The notes under the pieces are model-generated. The model worked only from the letters and a program-made list of their open reading frames with translations. It ran no database searches and was not told the DNA's origin. From Chiloscyllium plagiosum (lineage: Eukaryota), in NCBI RefSeq assembly GCF_004010195.1, contig NC_057751.1, positions 13,026,322 through 13,090,321 on the forward strand: a stretch of DNA of 64,000 nt, written 5' to 3'. A program made the position numbers and the translations under genes. Each line of letters starts with the position of its first letter. Positions within the stretch are counted from its first letter, which is position 1. Shown here piece by piece: positions 51,301 through 63,141 of this stretch.

Positions 51301-54300
51301 TACGAAGTTACTAAATAAACCTATGTTGAATCTACCTGGCATTCATATTGACAATAAACATTTCTTGTGGTGGAAAGGACGATGGATGAGGACTTGCCAT
51401 CTGAGGTAGTTTGGGCTGAGGTTAGGAATAGGAAAGGTTGATTTCCAAAGTTAGTATCTTAGAAAAAAAACTTATAGAAGTGTAGTCAAAAATACCTTCA
51501 AGTTTTATTAAATATGTCACATTTTTGAATTGTTAATCAGATTATGAAGTAGCAGGTTGCCACTGATTGAAATCATGAGGGTGAAGCTTAATTCTGCACT
51601 TACATTCTTGACCTCACACCCAGCTTATCGACCTCACTATGTTGGCTGGCTTAATGAACAATATAGAGTCCAGCATTGGCCAACATCTGTGGGGAGCTAA
51701 TGCAAAGATTTCTTAATTTAATTTGCAAAGTAAATTTGAACCTCAGATACTGTGTTTTAGAATTATAGATTCAGAGATGGACATTCACTGCAAATTATTT
51801 TTTAAGGAGGAAGCTTAGTTCTTAAACAAACTCTGGCTCTTCATTTTTAAGTATCTTTCTCAGAATTTTAGTTTTGTTTTAGTCATGTCGGTAGCTTTAA
51901 CCATGTGCTGGAAAAGTTACTGTTGTTTGCTAATTGTTGGTTCACTTGTCTGAGCATGATGAAGTTCGGAGTTGTGGGGATGGTGGTTATCAGTTAGCTC
52001 AATTGATTGGATGGCTGGTTCATGATGCAGAGTGATGTCAAAAACACAATTTCAATTCCCACACTAGCAGAAGTCCTGTCTTCTCAAACTTACCCCTCAC
52101 CTGAGGCATGGTGACCCTCAGGTTAAACTCGTCATTCCTCATTCATCTCTCAAGTCAGAGCAGTCATCTGCGACTATGGTGACTACTATTATAGGTGAGG
52201 CAATGTAATGAAAACACACAATTAAAAGCATGATGCTGGAAATCTGAAATAAACACAGAAATTTTCTGAACTTCTGACAAAGTCAGAACAGATTTGAAAT
52301 ACTGAATTAGTTTCTATCTCCACAGGTAGAGTTGAGTTTCTCCAGCATTTTTGTGTTTGTGTCACTGCACACAAGATCTTGGAAACTCACCTCAAGTGTT
52401 GAGTTTGGGTGGATGTGAGCACACACATCTTTCTTTGTCGAACTCAGCAATTCACCATTATTTTGTGAAAATCTGCTCAAGCAAGTGTTCCTAAGGGATT
52501 ATTCTTTGCAACAACTTGAGCACTTCGACTGTCTGCCATATTCTGAAAATACAGTGAAGCTCTGCACTATATGTTTGATAATCGGTCTTCCTGGGGACAG
52601 GCAAATTGTGGAAGTAACTGGTCAGTCAGTGAAACCAAAGGTATGAAATACTGAGTTTATTGTTGATGATCAAGAACCACAGTACTTGTTTTCTCCTTTC
52701 TCTCCCTCAGCTCAATAGAAGTCCACTATCCTCAGGTTCCAACTCATATGCCTGTGATTCATTTCAGCTCAAGAACAAATTCAAAAAGAAAATACCTCGT
52801 GACTCTGAAGCCTCAAATATACTTGTGGGTGAAGTCGACTTTCTGGATAAGCCATTTGTAGCCTTTGTCCGTCTCTTGCAATCAACAATGTTGGGTGGGC
52901 TGACAGAAGTAGCAGTTCCAACAAGGTACTGGTGCACCTATAGAGCATGTGGTTGGGCCCTGTATAAAAACAATACAATTGAAAGGGTGTGCTATTATCC
53001 AGGAGCACTTCAAAAATAACATTAACTTTCTGTTTTGAAGCTTTCAGATGAACTGTTGTATCTGCTGAAATTATGAAGGGTTGTAAGTTAATTTCTCAAA
53101 ATTAATTAATTAATTAAAAGTAGTATTATAGACTGACTGTACTTCACCTGATGTGGGTAATCACACGTGTTCCACTGAGAGAATAATCATCTCTTGGCTA
53201 GCTGACAGATGGCACTATTGAACACTGCAATGCTGCTGTTTTAAATCTATCTGGGTCCACTCTACAGGTCAACCGCATGGGTAAAAACCATTAGCTCTCT
53301 GCGGAGATGCATTAAGTGCTGCCAGGCATGATACATATTCATTACAGCTGGCATGCAACTGAAATTAGGAATATACTTCAATTTTCCTTCAGTGTGTTAA
53401 AAAGATTGCATTTAGTGTGGAATGAAGAAAGAAGAACTGGTACTTTAACATTCACAATTTTAATACTTTGATATTTTTCCTGAACAGGTTTATTTTTATT
53501 CTTTTGGGTCCTCAAGGGAAAGGTAAATCTTATAGCGAGATAGGAAGAGCCATGGCAACACTGATGGTCGATGATGTGAGTTATTAAATTAAAACTATTA
53601 CAAAAAGTAGAGTTCACGCTATCATACATTGAAGTTGTAAGGGAAGATGGTTGATAATTATTTACGTTAGCAGAGCCACGATTCTCACTACTGAGCTGAG
53701 AAAATGTAAAGAGCCCCGTGAAAAGATTTATTCAACTGTTAAAGTCCCTTTTGAATTGTGCATCCTTGTGCTTTTTTTTCCTGCTGGCATTCAACTTCTT
53801 GTTTCTTGGTAATAGTTAGAGAAATTTCTCCACTTCCACCATGAAAGGGATTCTCTGATGTAACTTTAGTCAGAGCAAAGTTTCTCCAAGAAAAAGTAAA
53901 GACTTTGGTTGCACCAAAAGAAACTTGGCACTTGATTCTCCTTTGTGATAACATGCCTGGATACTCCTTCCTGTATTTATACATATGATTAAAGCTGCTA
54001 TTTAACTGTCTCCATGGATTGTTGTGTCCCGAATTTATATTGGCCCTTTGTTGTTCTGGGATCCAGCTGTTCAGTGATGTGGCTTATAAAGCAAGAGACA
54101 GAGATGACTTGATTGCTGGTATTGATGAATTCCTTGATGAAGTCATTGTCCTGCCTCCTGGTGAATGGGATCCCAAGATTAGGATTGAGCCACCCAAGAA
54201 AGTCACACCAGCTGAGAAAAGGTATGATTTTGAAAATTGAGGTATCTTTGCTTTCCATCTCCAAATAGTCTCTGATCAAATCGATGAGTTTTCTTCAGAT

Positions 54301-57300
54301 CAAAGATTATCCATTTTCATACATTCTCTAGTCATCTTTGACAATAAGGAACCTGTCCACCTACTTCTGATTTGATCATCTTAAAACAGAGATCAAAATC
54401 AGTAGAAGACTCACGTGTTTTTCCCTCTCTTTCCCACATCTCAACAACAGGAAATCCGTTTACTCTCTGAATGAGACTGGGCAGATGAATGGTTCAGCAG
54501 GTGGTGGAGGAGGAAGTGATGATGAAGAAATGCCAGTACCACATGAACTTGGAGAAGAGTTGATGTGGACAGGAAGGTAGGGAACTGGAGGCAGCACGTT
54601 GGGTTAATGGAGGTTAGAGTAGGTTAGGCCGCTGAAAACAAGAGAAGCCTTTTTGGAGGCTTTGAAGTATCGGTCCATTCATGAGTAATTACTGTGATTA
54701 TGATTGAGTCCTTTTAAAAATTCTCTCATGAGAGAAATTATAGGAAAACATGACAGCAGCTTATGGTATCAAATGAGTGGAAGCTGAATTGTGTCAGGAA
54801 TATGAATGTCCCAACACTGCCAACCTAATGCCACTCCCATCACTGCCCCAACCCAATCTTAAGCTCTGTTTGACTACCAGTTCTGACAGACAACTTATAA
54901 ATTAAAAAAGAAAGCTCAGACTTCAAAAGTCCAAATTTTGAATAAAGACAACATTCTGTATCAAAATATTTCTATCTATTTATCTTTACAAACAGAAGAA
55001 TATACAAATTAGGAGGAGAGTAGAGTAGGTCACATGGCCCCTTGAGACTGCTCTGCCATTTGATGAGATCATGGCTGAGTTGACTATTCCACAAACCTAC
55101 CTCCCATGATAACCTTTCACCCCTTGCCAACCTATCCACTTCTGCTTTAAAAAACCCAAAATGTTAACTCTGTTTCACTCTCCACAGGTGCTGCCTGAGC
55201 TGATGGGTTCCTCCGGTACTTTCTGTTTTTATCTCTGTTCCCATCAGCTTTTGATGATGAGTTCTGAAGATTCACAACCTTCTATCAGAAAAGTATTATT
55301 TTCAACCCTGACTGAAATGGGCAGTGCCTTATTTTTAAATATGATCCCCATTTTTAGATTCTCCAACAAGACTAAACATCTTCTCCACATTTACCTGCTC
55401 AAGAACATTTAGGATCTTATAGGGTTTGGTCATTTGCTTCTTACTCACCTAAACTCCAGCCAGTACAAGCCTAAACTGACCAATCTTTGCTCCAAAGACA
55501 ACCTTACAGGTATTGGTCTGATAAACCTTCTCTGAACTGTTTCCTTATAATAGAGGACCCAAAATAGGCAAAGTACTCCAGATGTGAACTCAACAGCGTC
55601 TTGGAGAATTGAAACATAGCCTCCGTACATCTCTATTCAATTCCTCTTGCAATAAATGATGGCATTCTCTCAGCTTTCCTAATTACTCGCTCAACCTGCA
55701 CATTCACCTTATGCAATTCATGCATAAGGACATTCAGATCCTTCAGCATCTCAAAGCTCTGCAACTTCTCACTATTTCTAACTCAAAGCTCCCCCTGTTC
55801 TGATGATACTTGTAGAAGTTGGTAACCATCATAGTATCATAGTAATAGAAGCAGGAATAGGCCATTTGGCCTCATCAAGCCTGCTCCACCCTTCATTAAA
55901 ATCATGGCTAATCTATCCCTTGTCTCAGCTCCTCCTAACTGCAATATCCCCATAACGCTTAATTCCTCTAAAATGCAAAAACGCATCTAACTGTGTCTTG
56001 GATATATTTAATGAAGCTACCTCTACTGCTTCCTTGGGCAGAGCATTCCATAGATTCACTACTCTCTAGGAAAAGCAGTTCCTCCTCATCTCTGTCACAA
56101 ATTTACTCCCCCTAATCTTGAGCCCATGTCCTATCGTCCTAGTCTCACTCACCAGCAGAAAAAACTTGGCCTCCTCTATCTTATCTATTCCTTTCATAAT
56201 TTTGTATATTTCTACAAGATCCCCTCTCATTCTTCTAAATTCTAATGAGGACAGTCCCAGACAGTTTAATCTCTCCTAATAGGGTAACCCTGTTATCTCC
56301 GCAATCAACCTGGTGAACCTCCTCTGCACTGCCTCCTTCCTCAAGTAAGGTGACCAGAATTGCACACAATGCTCCAGGTGTGGTCTCATCAATACCTTGT
56401 ACAATTGCAACAGAACCTCCCTGCTCTTAAATTCAATCCCACTAGCAATGAAAGCCAATATTCCGTTTGCCTTCCTGATTATCTGTTACACCTGCAAATC
56501 AACTTTTAGCGATTCATGTACAAGCACTTCTGCACAATACATGCTGCAATCTTTTGCCATTTAAATAATACTCTGACCTACTATTTTTACTTCCAAAGTG
56601 AATAACCTCACATTTACCAACATTGTATTCCATCTGCCAGACCACTGCCCACTCACTTAACCTATCTAAATCTCTCTGCAGACCTTCCACATAGTCATAG
56701 AGTCATAAAGATGTACAGCATACATCCTCTGCACAGTTTGCCTTTCCACTCAATTTAGTGTCGTCAGCAAACTCGAATATGTTACACTCAATGTCCTCTT
56801 CCAACTCATTAATACATATATCATGATCAATTGCTGGCCCAACACTGACCCCTGTGTCTCCTCACTCACCACTGATCTCCAACCAGAGAAACACCCCTTT
56901 ATCCCAACTCTCTGCTTTTATTGGTTAACCAGTCCTCTATCCATTCTATATATTCCCTGCAACTCCATGCATTCCTCTCTCCAGAATGAGTCTTTTATGC
57001 GGCACCTTATCGAACGCCTTCTGGAAATCCAAGTATACAACATCCACCTGTTCCCCTCCATCCAATGTGCTTGTTACATCCTCAAAGAAATCCAGGAAGT
57101 TTGTCAAACACGATCTTCCCTTCCTAAATCCATGCTGCATATGCCTGATGGAATCCTTTCCATCCAGATGCCTCACTATTTCTTCTTTAATGATAGCCTC
57201 CACCATTTTACTGACTATAGATGTAAAGCTAACTAACCTACCTGCCTTTTGCCTACACCCTTTTTTAAACAGAGGCATGACAGTTAAAGCCTGAGAGAGA

Positions 57301-60300
57301 GAGAGAGAGAGAGAGATAGAAGGGCCCACAAAGATAATACAGAAAAACAGTAGTTAAAAGTATAAATTTTGATTATCAGATATTTTTGTATCCTGACCAA
57401 CACACCTTGGTGTTCACTTAATGAACTGCCATTGCCTATGTTGACCCCTGAGTTGAAGTTTACCTTGCTGCTTGCAGGTTTTGTGGAGGGCTGATACTGG
57501 ATATCAAAAGGAAACTTCCCTGGTTGCCCAGTGATTTCTATGAAGCATTCCACATTCAGTCTATTTCCACGATCCTCTTCATCTACTTGGGCTGCATTAC
57601 CAATGCCATCACCTTTGGAGGATTGTTGGGGGATGCAACAGATAATTATCAGGTGAGAACTACACCAAATTGACACTTCCAATCACTGGATCCTAACATA
57701 TCCAAACGCACATTAATAGATATCGTGAGGTGATCAATACCACGGCCCAAGATACCTTCAAAGTTGAAGAACAAGACAGAGGCTGATTTTGTATGAAATA
57801 TGCTATTTCTTGAAATGCATCTGAATTTTGAGAACTCCTATAAAAGTATAACTATAGTTATCATTCATGGAAGACCATTGTCTCCTGAAAGAGGCAACAT
57901 TTTGTTTTCTGCAATCAGCATATGCTTCCACTCACTGAGGATATAAGCTCGAAATGAGGGTTCATTTCTCAGCAGCTTATGTGCAGGAGGATGCATCCAA
58001 GATGGCGGACGGGTCTGCTCGATACACCATTGCAAGGTGGAAGGGACATGGATCGGAATTATGATTGTTGTGAATTATTATCAGCTTATGTTTGACACTG
58101 TGGAATTTGCCTTATCTCACAAATATTACAGAAACGCATGTGGCCAAGATCAATTATTTTTAATATGCTCTTGGCAAACAAAGTATCTGTCACCAGCTGC
58201 CAAGGTAACCAGCTGTTGTTACATTCATTGTGCCTTCTGTTTTCTCACACACTACCTGCATGAAAATGAAATTCAGAGTAAGGAAAGCTTTAATTGAGTT
58301 TCCACTTCTACTAACTGATTTAAAAGTTTGTAAGGAATGGTCCTTACGCCATCCAAATCACCCATGTACAAATAGGTGTTATGAGTAGCTTGCAGTAATG
58401 CTGACAGCTTTTAACTGGGTCCTTCAGCTAGCATATATTATATTATTCTACATTAATACTCCCTCTGATATATTAATACATTAATTCTCCCTCTAATATC
58501 TTAAATGTATTCAGTCTTGAGATGAGGACTGAAAACATTTTAACAAGTCAATTTCAAGCAAATCTTTGTCAATTGTAATCTAAGGGAGGTCCCTTAGGGA
58601 AATTGTCATTGATTGGAACCTTCTCAAGTGCTGAGCTTGCCAGCAATGCTCACATCTCATGAATGAGTGCAGTAATTTGTTGTGACATGGAATGCAGCCT
58701 CTGGAAAGGCGGTGGAAGCAGATGCCATTAGTAACTGTCAAAAGGGAATTGGAAATATAGTTGAAAAAGAAATATTTGCAAAGCTGCGGGAAAATTACAG
58801 GGACATTGATCCTAATTGGATATTTCTTTTCAAAGGGCCAGCACAGGCATGATAGGCCAAATGGCCTCTTCTGTGTCATGAGATGATTGTTTTAGCAGTC
58901 ATAGTGCCTAGCATAATTCAATCCAAATAGACAATCCAAAAAGCAAAAAGAATGCAGAGATAGTTAGCTAAAATACCACTAAGTCAGAGGAAATGATGCT
59001 TATATTGCACAGTATTTTGCTTCAAGACAACTGGCTGGACTTATTCTGAGTATCAACAGACTGAGGGCTTGTTCCTTCCAAAGTAACAAACTGCAAGTAA
59101 CTTTCAGTGGCAAATAAATGCAAAATAATGTTCACAAGGATAAATTAAATATTACTTCATGTTAAATCATGTCATTTGGACAAAGCTCAAACTAGTACAG
59201 AACAAATTTCAGGCAATATCAGAAAATAGATCGTTGACAGAGAGTTATCATCAGGTGAAATAGAATTCTGGATATGGCAAATCGTGTCAGGAAACCAGAA
59301 TCGTTGAGAAAATAGATGCGCCCTATTATGGATGGCTAGATGTTTCTTCTGGAAGAATGACTAATATGGACCATTCTATCTCATGACCTTGTGCATGAAT
59401 GTATCATTCCCTTTTACTTTGTACAGTATGACCAGCAGAAACATAAATGTAACCAAATGTCACAGTATGTGATGGAACATTGATACAGAAAGTGTGTTGA
59501 GTCAGATTAGTTTCAATTTTGGCAACAAACTAATAATCCTGCGTTGTATGAAATTCCATGTAGCTTTGTGCCTTTTACTGAAATCTAACAGGCTGTTTTG
59601 TTTCTGCAAACAGGGTGTAATTGAAAGTTTTCTAGGCACTGCGTTCACAGGTGCTGTATTCTGCTTATTCAGTGGACAGCCTCTCACTATCCTTAGTAGT
59701 ACAGGTCCAATCCTCATCTTTGAAAAGCTTCTGTTTGACTTCAGCAAGTGAGTGTTTTGGTTTCTTAAATTTTGTTTCTCACATGAAGTGAAAGTATGTC
59801 CTTCTAATTACCTATTTGCCAAAGGAAGTTGGAAGGATGTTGAATCAGTATCTTGTATCATAGAATATAAGATTGTCTTAATAGGACCACAATTCTGAAG
59901 GACTTTTTTTTAACTATGCCATAGGAATATGTTTCATATTTGGAGTTTGTAATCAGACTGATGGGCTGGGATTTATTGAGGAGTCCTTCCGTATAGAATG
60001 TTATTTCAATGCAATAGTTATATTTTAAATTGTTCTTGAAAGGTTATTTTAATGTAATGCTTATAATTTTAAACTGTTCCTTTAAACAACCTTGAGGGAA
60101 AAAATGTGCATTTATCTATTTACAATGTTGCTTCGCAACTCTACGAATATTGTTTTTGCTGCAGAGGAACAGTTCAACATTGTTTTGCTGCAATAATAAT
60201 GGCCCTGCTTTGCTACGAGACAGACATTGGTTATTCCAGCAGAAATGGGAGTAGTGCATGGGGACCCTGCAGAATCTTCACCTTAGCAGATTCTAAAGGA

Positions 60301-63141
60301 ATTGCCCAGGATTTAGAATTTTCATTATACATTTCCTCTAAGCGAGGAACCATCTGAAAGTTTTTATTTAAATTGGAGATTTGGAGGTTTCTGAGGAAAT
60401 TAAGTAAAATATTTACTCAGGAAAAGTTAGACTTGTCTAAAACCTGAGTAAGTTTTCAACTGACCCCGTACTTCAATCCCTACTGTGCAGAAAGTGTCAT
60501 TTCAACCCACTGCGTTCACTCTGACCTACCAAGACCCAAGACCCTCTCCGCCATTTGCACATCACTGGATGTTATGGGTCTTTTTTTTTAAGCAGAGCCA
60601 ATCCACCTAATCTGCACATCTTTAGACTGTGGGAAGAAATCCATGCAGATACGGGGAGAATATTCAAACTGCACAAAGACTATCACCCGAGACTGGAATC
60701 GAACCTGGGTCCCTGGTGGAGTGAGGCATCAGATTAACTGCTGTGACAATGTGCTACCCTCATACTTACCTCATTCACCCAATCCCACCCAACAGGGCCT
60801 CCCAAGGTACCAACGCCTCTTGCCCTGCCACCCTACCCACTTCTCCCACCCCCAGACTGGATCGAACATGATGTGCCCTTCTTGACCCTGCTGGACCCAC
60901 CGCTCTGCATTGGACCTACCATTACTGGACCCAACTAAAGCACCCTACCTCCTACCCAGCTGGCACCCTACAAACCTGGTACTCAATCATTTACTCATCT
61001 GACATCCTGCTCCAAGCACCATGATCCCCTCCCCATCTGATTCTCTATTTAGCTGACACCCAAATACTTGGCACCCTATCCCTACCCAGCTGCCATCCTA
61101 CCTTGCTGGGACCCTAACATCACACTTAAATTTGTGCTTAGCAATTGACAGCAGTGTCAAAGTGACTGTTGGGGCTTTAAATGTCAGAATATGACAAATA
61201 ACTCCTGTGAAAAGGGAGATGTGTTTTACCTTCCTCCGACAATTCTGCTTTGTAAAAAAACTGTCAGAATAGAGCTACGTATTTCCTGAGCCAGAATCTC
61301 CTCTCACATGTGGGTGGCACGATAGTTCAGTGGCTTGCACTGCAGCCTTACAGTGCCAGATACCCAGGTCCGATTCCACCCATGGGCGACTTTCATGTTC
61401 TCCCCATGTCTGCATGGGTTTCCTCCCAGTGCTCCGGTTTACTCCCTCTTTCCTGGGTAGGTGGATTGGCCATGCTAAATTGCCTATTGTATCCAGGAAT
61501 GTGGAAATGCAAGATTATAGAGATAGAGAAGTGAGGTGGGTTTGGGTGGGATGCTCTGTGGAGGTTGATGTGGACTCAGTGGGCCAAATGGCCTGCTTCC
61601 ATACTACAGAGATTCTATCAATGCAGAGCTCCCTTCTTTTGTAAAAGAATAGCCAGATTTGCAATCTGAATGAGATTATCACTCTCTGAAAATTTGGATC
61701 GTAATCCGAGCTCATAGCACTTACTGTAATTTATGTGGAAATCAGACAGCAACTTGAGCGACTATTTATGCATTGTTGTAGTTTAGAAATCCAGAAGTTG
61801 CAACTGGATCTACATCTGACTGTCTGTTTCACAATTCAAGCATATCAAATGGAGTGAGGTCCTTGTAGATACTGACTAAACTGACTTTAAAGAAATGTAA
61901 GCCTTGTCCCTTCCAGGCCGAGTGTCTTTAATGGTGTGCTCGATTTTAACTAAAACCAGATTACTTCTTGGACTGCAAATTTACTTCTATTATTGCTTTT
62001 ACATGTGTTTTGGGAGACAAAAATAATTCAAGGACCATTTTTCACTCCTTTCTGTTTCTTTTGTCTCCTGCTTTCTCTTTTCTCGCCCTCTCTTAATTTT
62101 GCTTTTGGCATCTGATTTGACTGTCTGGATTAGCGGTGCTGGAAAAGCACAGCAGCTCAGGCAGCATCCAAGGAGCAGTAAAATCGACGTTTCGGACAAA
62201 AGCCCTTCATCAGGAATACAGGCCTGTGTTTTTCCAGCACCACTAATCCAGAATCTGGTTTCCAGCATCTGCAGTCATTGTTTTTACCTATGAAATTCAC
62301 TGTTCCAACTGACAATTCCTGGCTCAGAGTCTGCATTGTTCATTAATGAATCTTTGGTCTGATCGATTAAATAGACATCCAATGGATTACTCTACCCATA
62401 CAACCTGTCCACGGTGCCCTGTATTTCGGCTGATTGGCAAACTCATTCAGTCCAGGTTCACCCCTGCAAACGGATCACTGCTAAAGGAGGTACATGTCTA
62501 TGACTTTGTGTTTATCAGGGATATTTTGGATTCTGCCTTCATTCAAATTCATTTTGTCCGTCTGTAAACATTTCATAGAAAATGGAGCAATGCAGACTAG
62601 TTGATTTTGGTTGCCCTGAACTCTCATGTATGGCAATTTGAGAAAACTGTAAGGGTCTGCAAGCTAACATGCAGGCAAGTGACAGGTCAATTCCCCTCCC
62701 TAACTGACAGTGGGAATCAACTGTGCCTCAATCCAATAAGGTTGCTTCAATGACATGTGCTCTGGTCCCGGTTTAATAATGGAAATGGATTTTTGGTTTC
62801 CACCAATGTCACTACAAATAATTTATTTTTAATCCCTAAACAAAATTAAAGGACACATATCTCTTACAGAAGTAATGATTTGGACTACCTTGAATTCCGG
62901 CTCTGGATTGGTCTCCATTCTGCCATTCAATGCCTTCTTCTAGTTGCCATGGATGCCAGTTTCATCATTAAGTACATCACACGTTTTACAGAGGAAGGCT
63001 TCTCCATGCTTATCAGCCTCATCTTTATCTATGACGCCATCAAAAAAATGATAGGGGCCTTCAAATACTACCCCATCAATTCTGGCTACAATCCAGACTA
63101 TGTGACCATGTACAAGTGTGAGTGTGTGGCTCCAGATTCAG
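30281..63141 (+). CDS. SLC4A5: Electrogenic sodium bicarbonate cotransporter NBCe2, multi-exon, 3' part outside window
   Basis: 14 exons join in frame with GT-AG boundaries. Diagnostic peptides [87 protein letters not shown] and YKCECVAPD match recalled SLC4A5 rather than SLC4A4. Confidence 0.93.
31289..31474 (+). CDS. SLC4A5: SLC4A5 exon: (D)[61 protein letters not shown](M)
   Basis: ctgtccag|AT...ACC A|gtaagt; 186 nt, phase 1-1. Resembles NBCe1-B [20 protein letters not shown]. The ORF track shows a different frame here. Confidence 0.87.
38864..38993 (+). CDS. SLC4A5: SLC4A5 exon: [42 protein letters not shown](R)
   Basis: cacag|TG...AG|gtgagc; SLC4 EWKE(S/T)ARW motif. Confidence 0.95.
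39500..41290 (+). mobile_element. Degenerate PIF/Harbinger-like element (Myb/SANT ORF relic) with a nested SINE head at about 40105-40190
   Basis: KFSDTA...ERRRDV relic, an acceptor followed by a ..TVGG relic, and a CA-rich intron resembling the 28-kb element. Confidence 0.4.
43044..43204 (+). CDS. SLC4A5: SLC4A5 exon: [53 protein letters not shown]
   Basis: ctttcaag|A...G|gtaaaa; hallmark Band-3 cytoplasmic domain motif. Confidence 0.96.
43918..44073 (+). CDS. SLC4A5: SLC4A5 exon: [52 protein letters not shown]
   Basis: ttacag|AT...G|gtaaac; phase 1-1. Confidence 0.94.
44345..44537 (+). mobile_element. HE1-like SINE 3' half
   Basis: ttaggtggactggccatgttaaattg...cactgtaggcatcctatgatt. Confidence 0.75.
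45690..46530 (-). mobile_element. CR1/HER1 LINE 3' part (reverse transcriptase), internally deleted
   Basis: [28 protein letters not shown]; ctatga-type tail. Confidence 0.92.
47030..47125 (+). CDS. SLC4A5: SLC4A5 exon: (A)[31 protein letters not shown]
   Basis: cctacag|CT...C|gtaagt; 96 nt, phase 1-1; resembles human RSPARSPG..STEDLRMRQSANYG. Confidence 0.92.
47366..47421 (+). CDS. SLC4A5: SLC4A5 exon: (R)[18 protein letters not shown]
   Basis: ttgcag|GT...CAG|gtcagt; 56 nt, phase 1-0. Confidence 0.92.
47770..48844 (+). mobile_element. CR1 LINE 3' part (RT and C-terminus) with (TTCTTTG)3 tail
   Basis: [36 protein letters not shown]. Confidence 0.92.
51990..52190 (+). mobile_element. Second SINE-like family (tRNA-like head)
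   Basis: gttagctcaattg A box and ttcaattccc B-box relic; similar head near 40110. Confidence 0.5.
52768..52925 (+). CDS. SLC4A5: SLC4A5 exon: [52 protein letters not shown](R); alternative start at 52711
   Basis: tttcag|CTC...AG|gtactg; conserved SLC4 motif. Confidence 0.93.
53488..53575 (+). CDS. SLC4A5: SLC4A5 exon: [29 protein letters not shown]
   Basis: gaacag|G...GAT|gtgagt. Confidence 0.95.
54067..54221 (+). CDS. SLC4A5: SLC4A5 exon: [51 protein letters not shown](R)
   Basis: atccag|CTG...AG|gtatga; VLPPGEWDP motif. Confidence 0.96.
54451..54576 (+). CDS. SLC4A5: SLC4A5 exon: [41 protein letters not shown](R)
   Basis: caacag|G...AG|gtaggg; 126 nt; Gly linker typical of NBCe2. Confidence 0.95.
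55000..57285 (-). mobile_element. Two adjacent CR1 LINE 3' fragments (about 55000-55780 and 55830-57285)
   Basis: [45 protein letters not shown]. Confidence 0.9.
57292..57316. repeat. (GA)n microsatellite
   Basis: Read directly from the sequence. Confidence 0.95.
57478..57652 (+). CDS. SLC4A5: SLC4A5 exon including TM1: [58 protein letters not shown]
   Basis: cttgcag|G...CAG|gtgaga. Confidence 0.96.
59614..59747 (+). CDS. SLC4A5: SLC4A5 exon (TM2-3): [44 protein letters not shown](K)
   Basis: aaacag|GGT...AA|gtgagt; GQPL.ILSSTGP motif. Confidence 0.96.
60590..60760 (-). mobile_element. HE1-like SINE fragment
   Basis: Reverse complement of the SINE head and core. Confidence 0.75.
61311..61620 (+). 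mobile_element. HE1-like SINE
   Basis: gggtggcacgatagttcagtgg...cttccatactacagagattcta. Confidence 0.85.
62870..63141 (+). CDS. SLC4A5: SLC4A5 exon (TM4-5, start of Cys-containing extracellular loop 3): [16 protein letters not shown]...TRFTEEGF...[10 protein letters not shown]
   Basis: cttacag|A...G|gtgagt; TRFTEE motif. Confidence 0.96.

Noticed and set aside
38864..63141. Assignment to SLC4A4
   Set aside because: Paralog-diagnostic residues ([32 protein letters not shown]) fit SLC4A5; only the far N-terminus is NBCe1-B-like.
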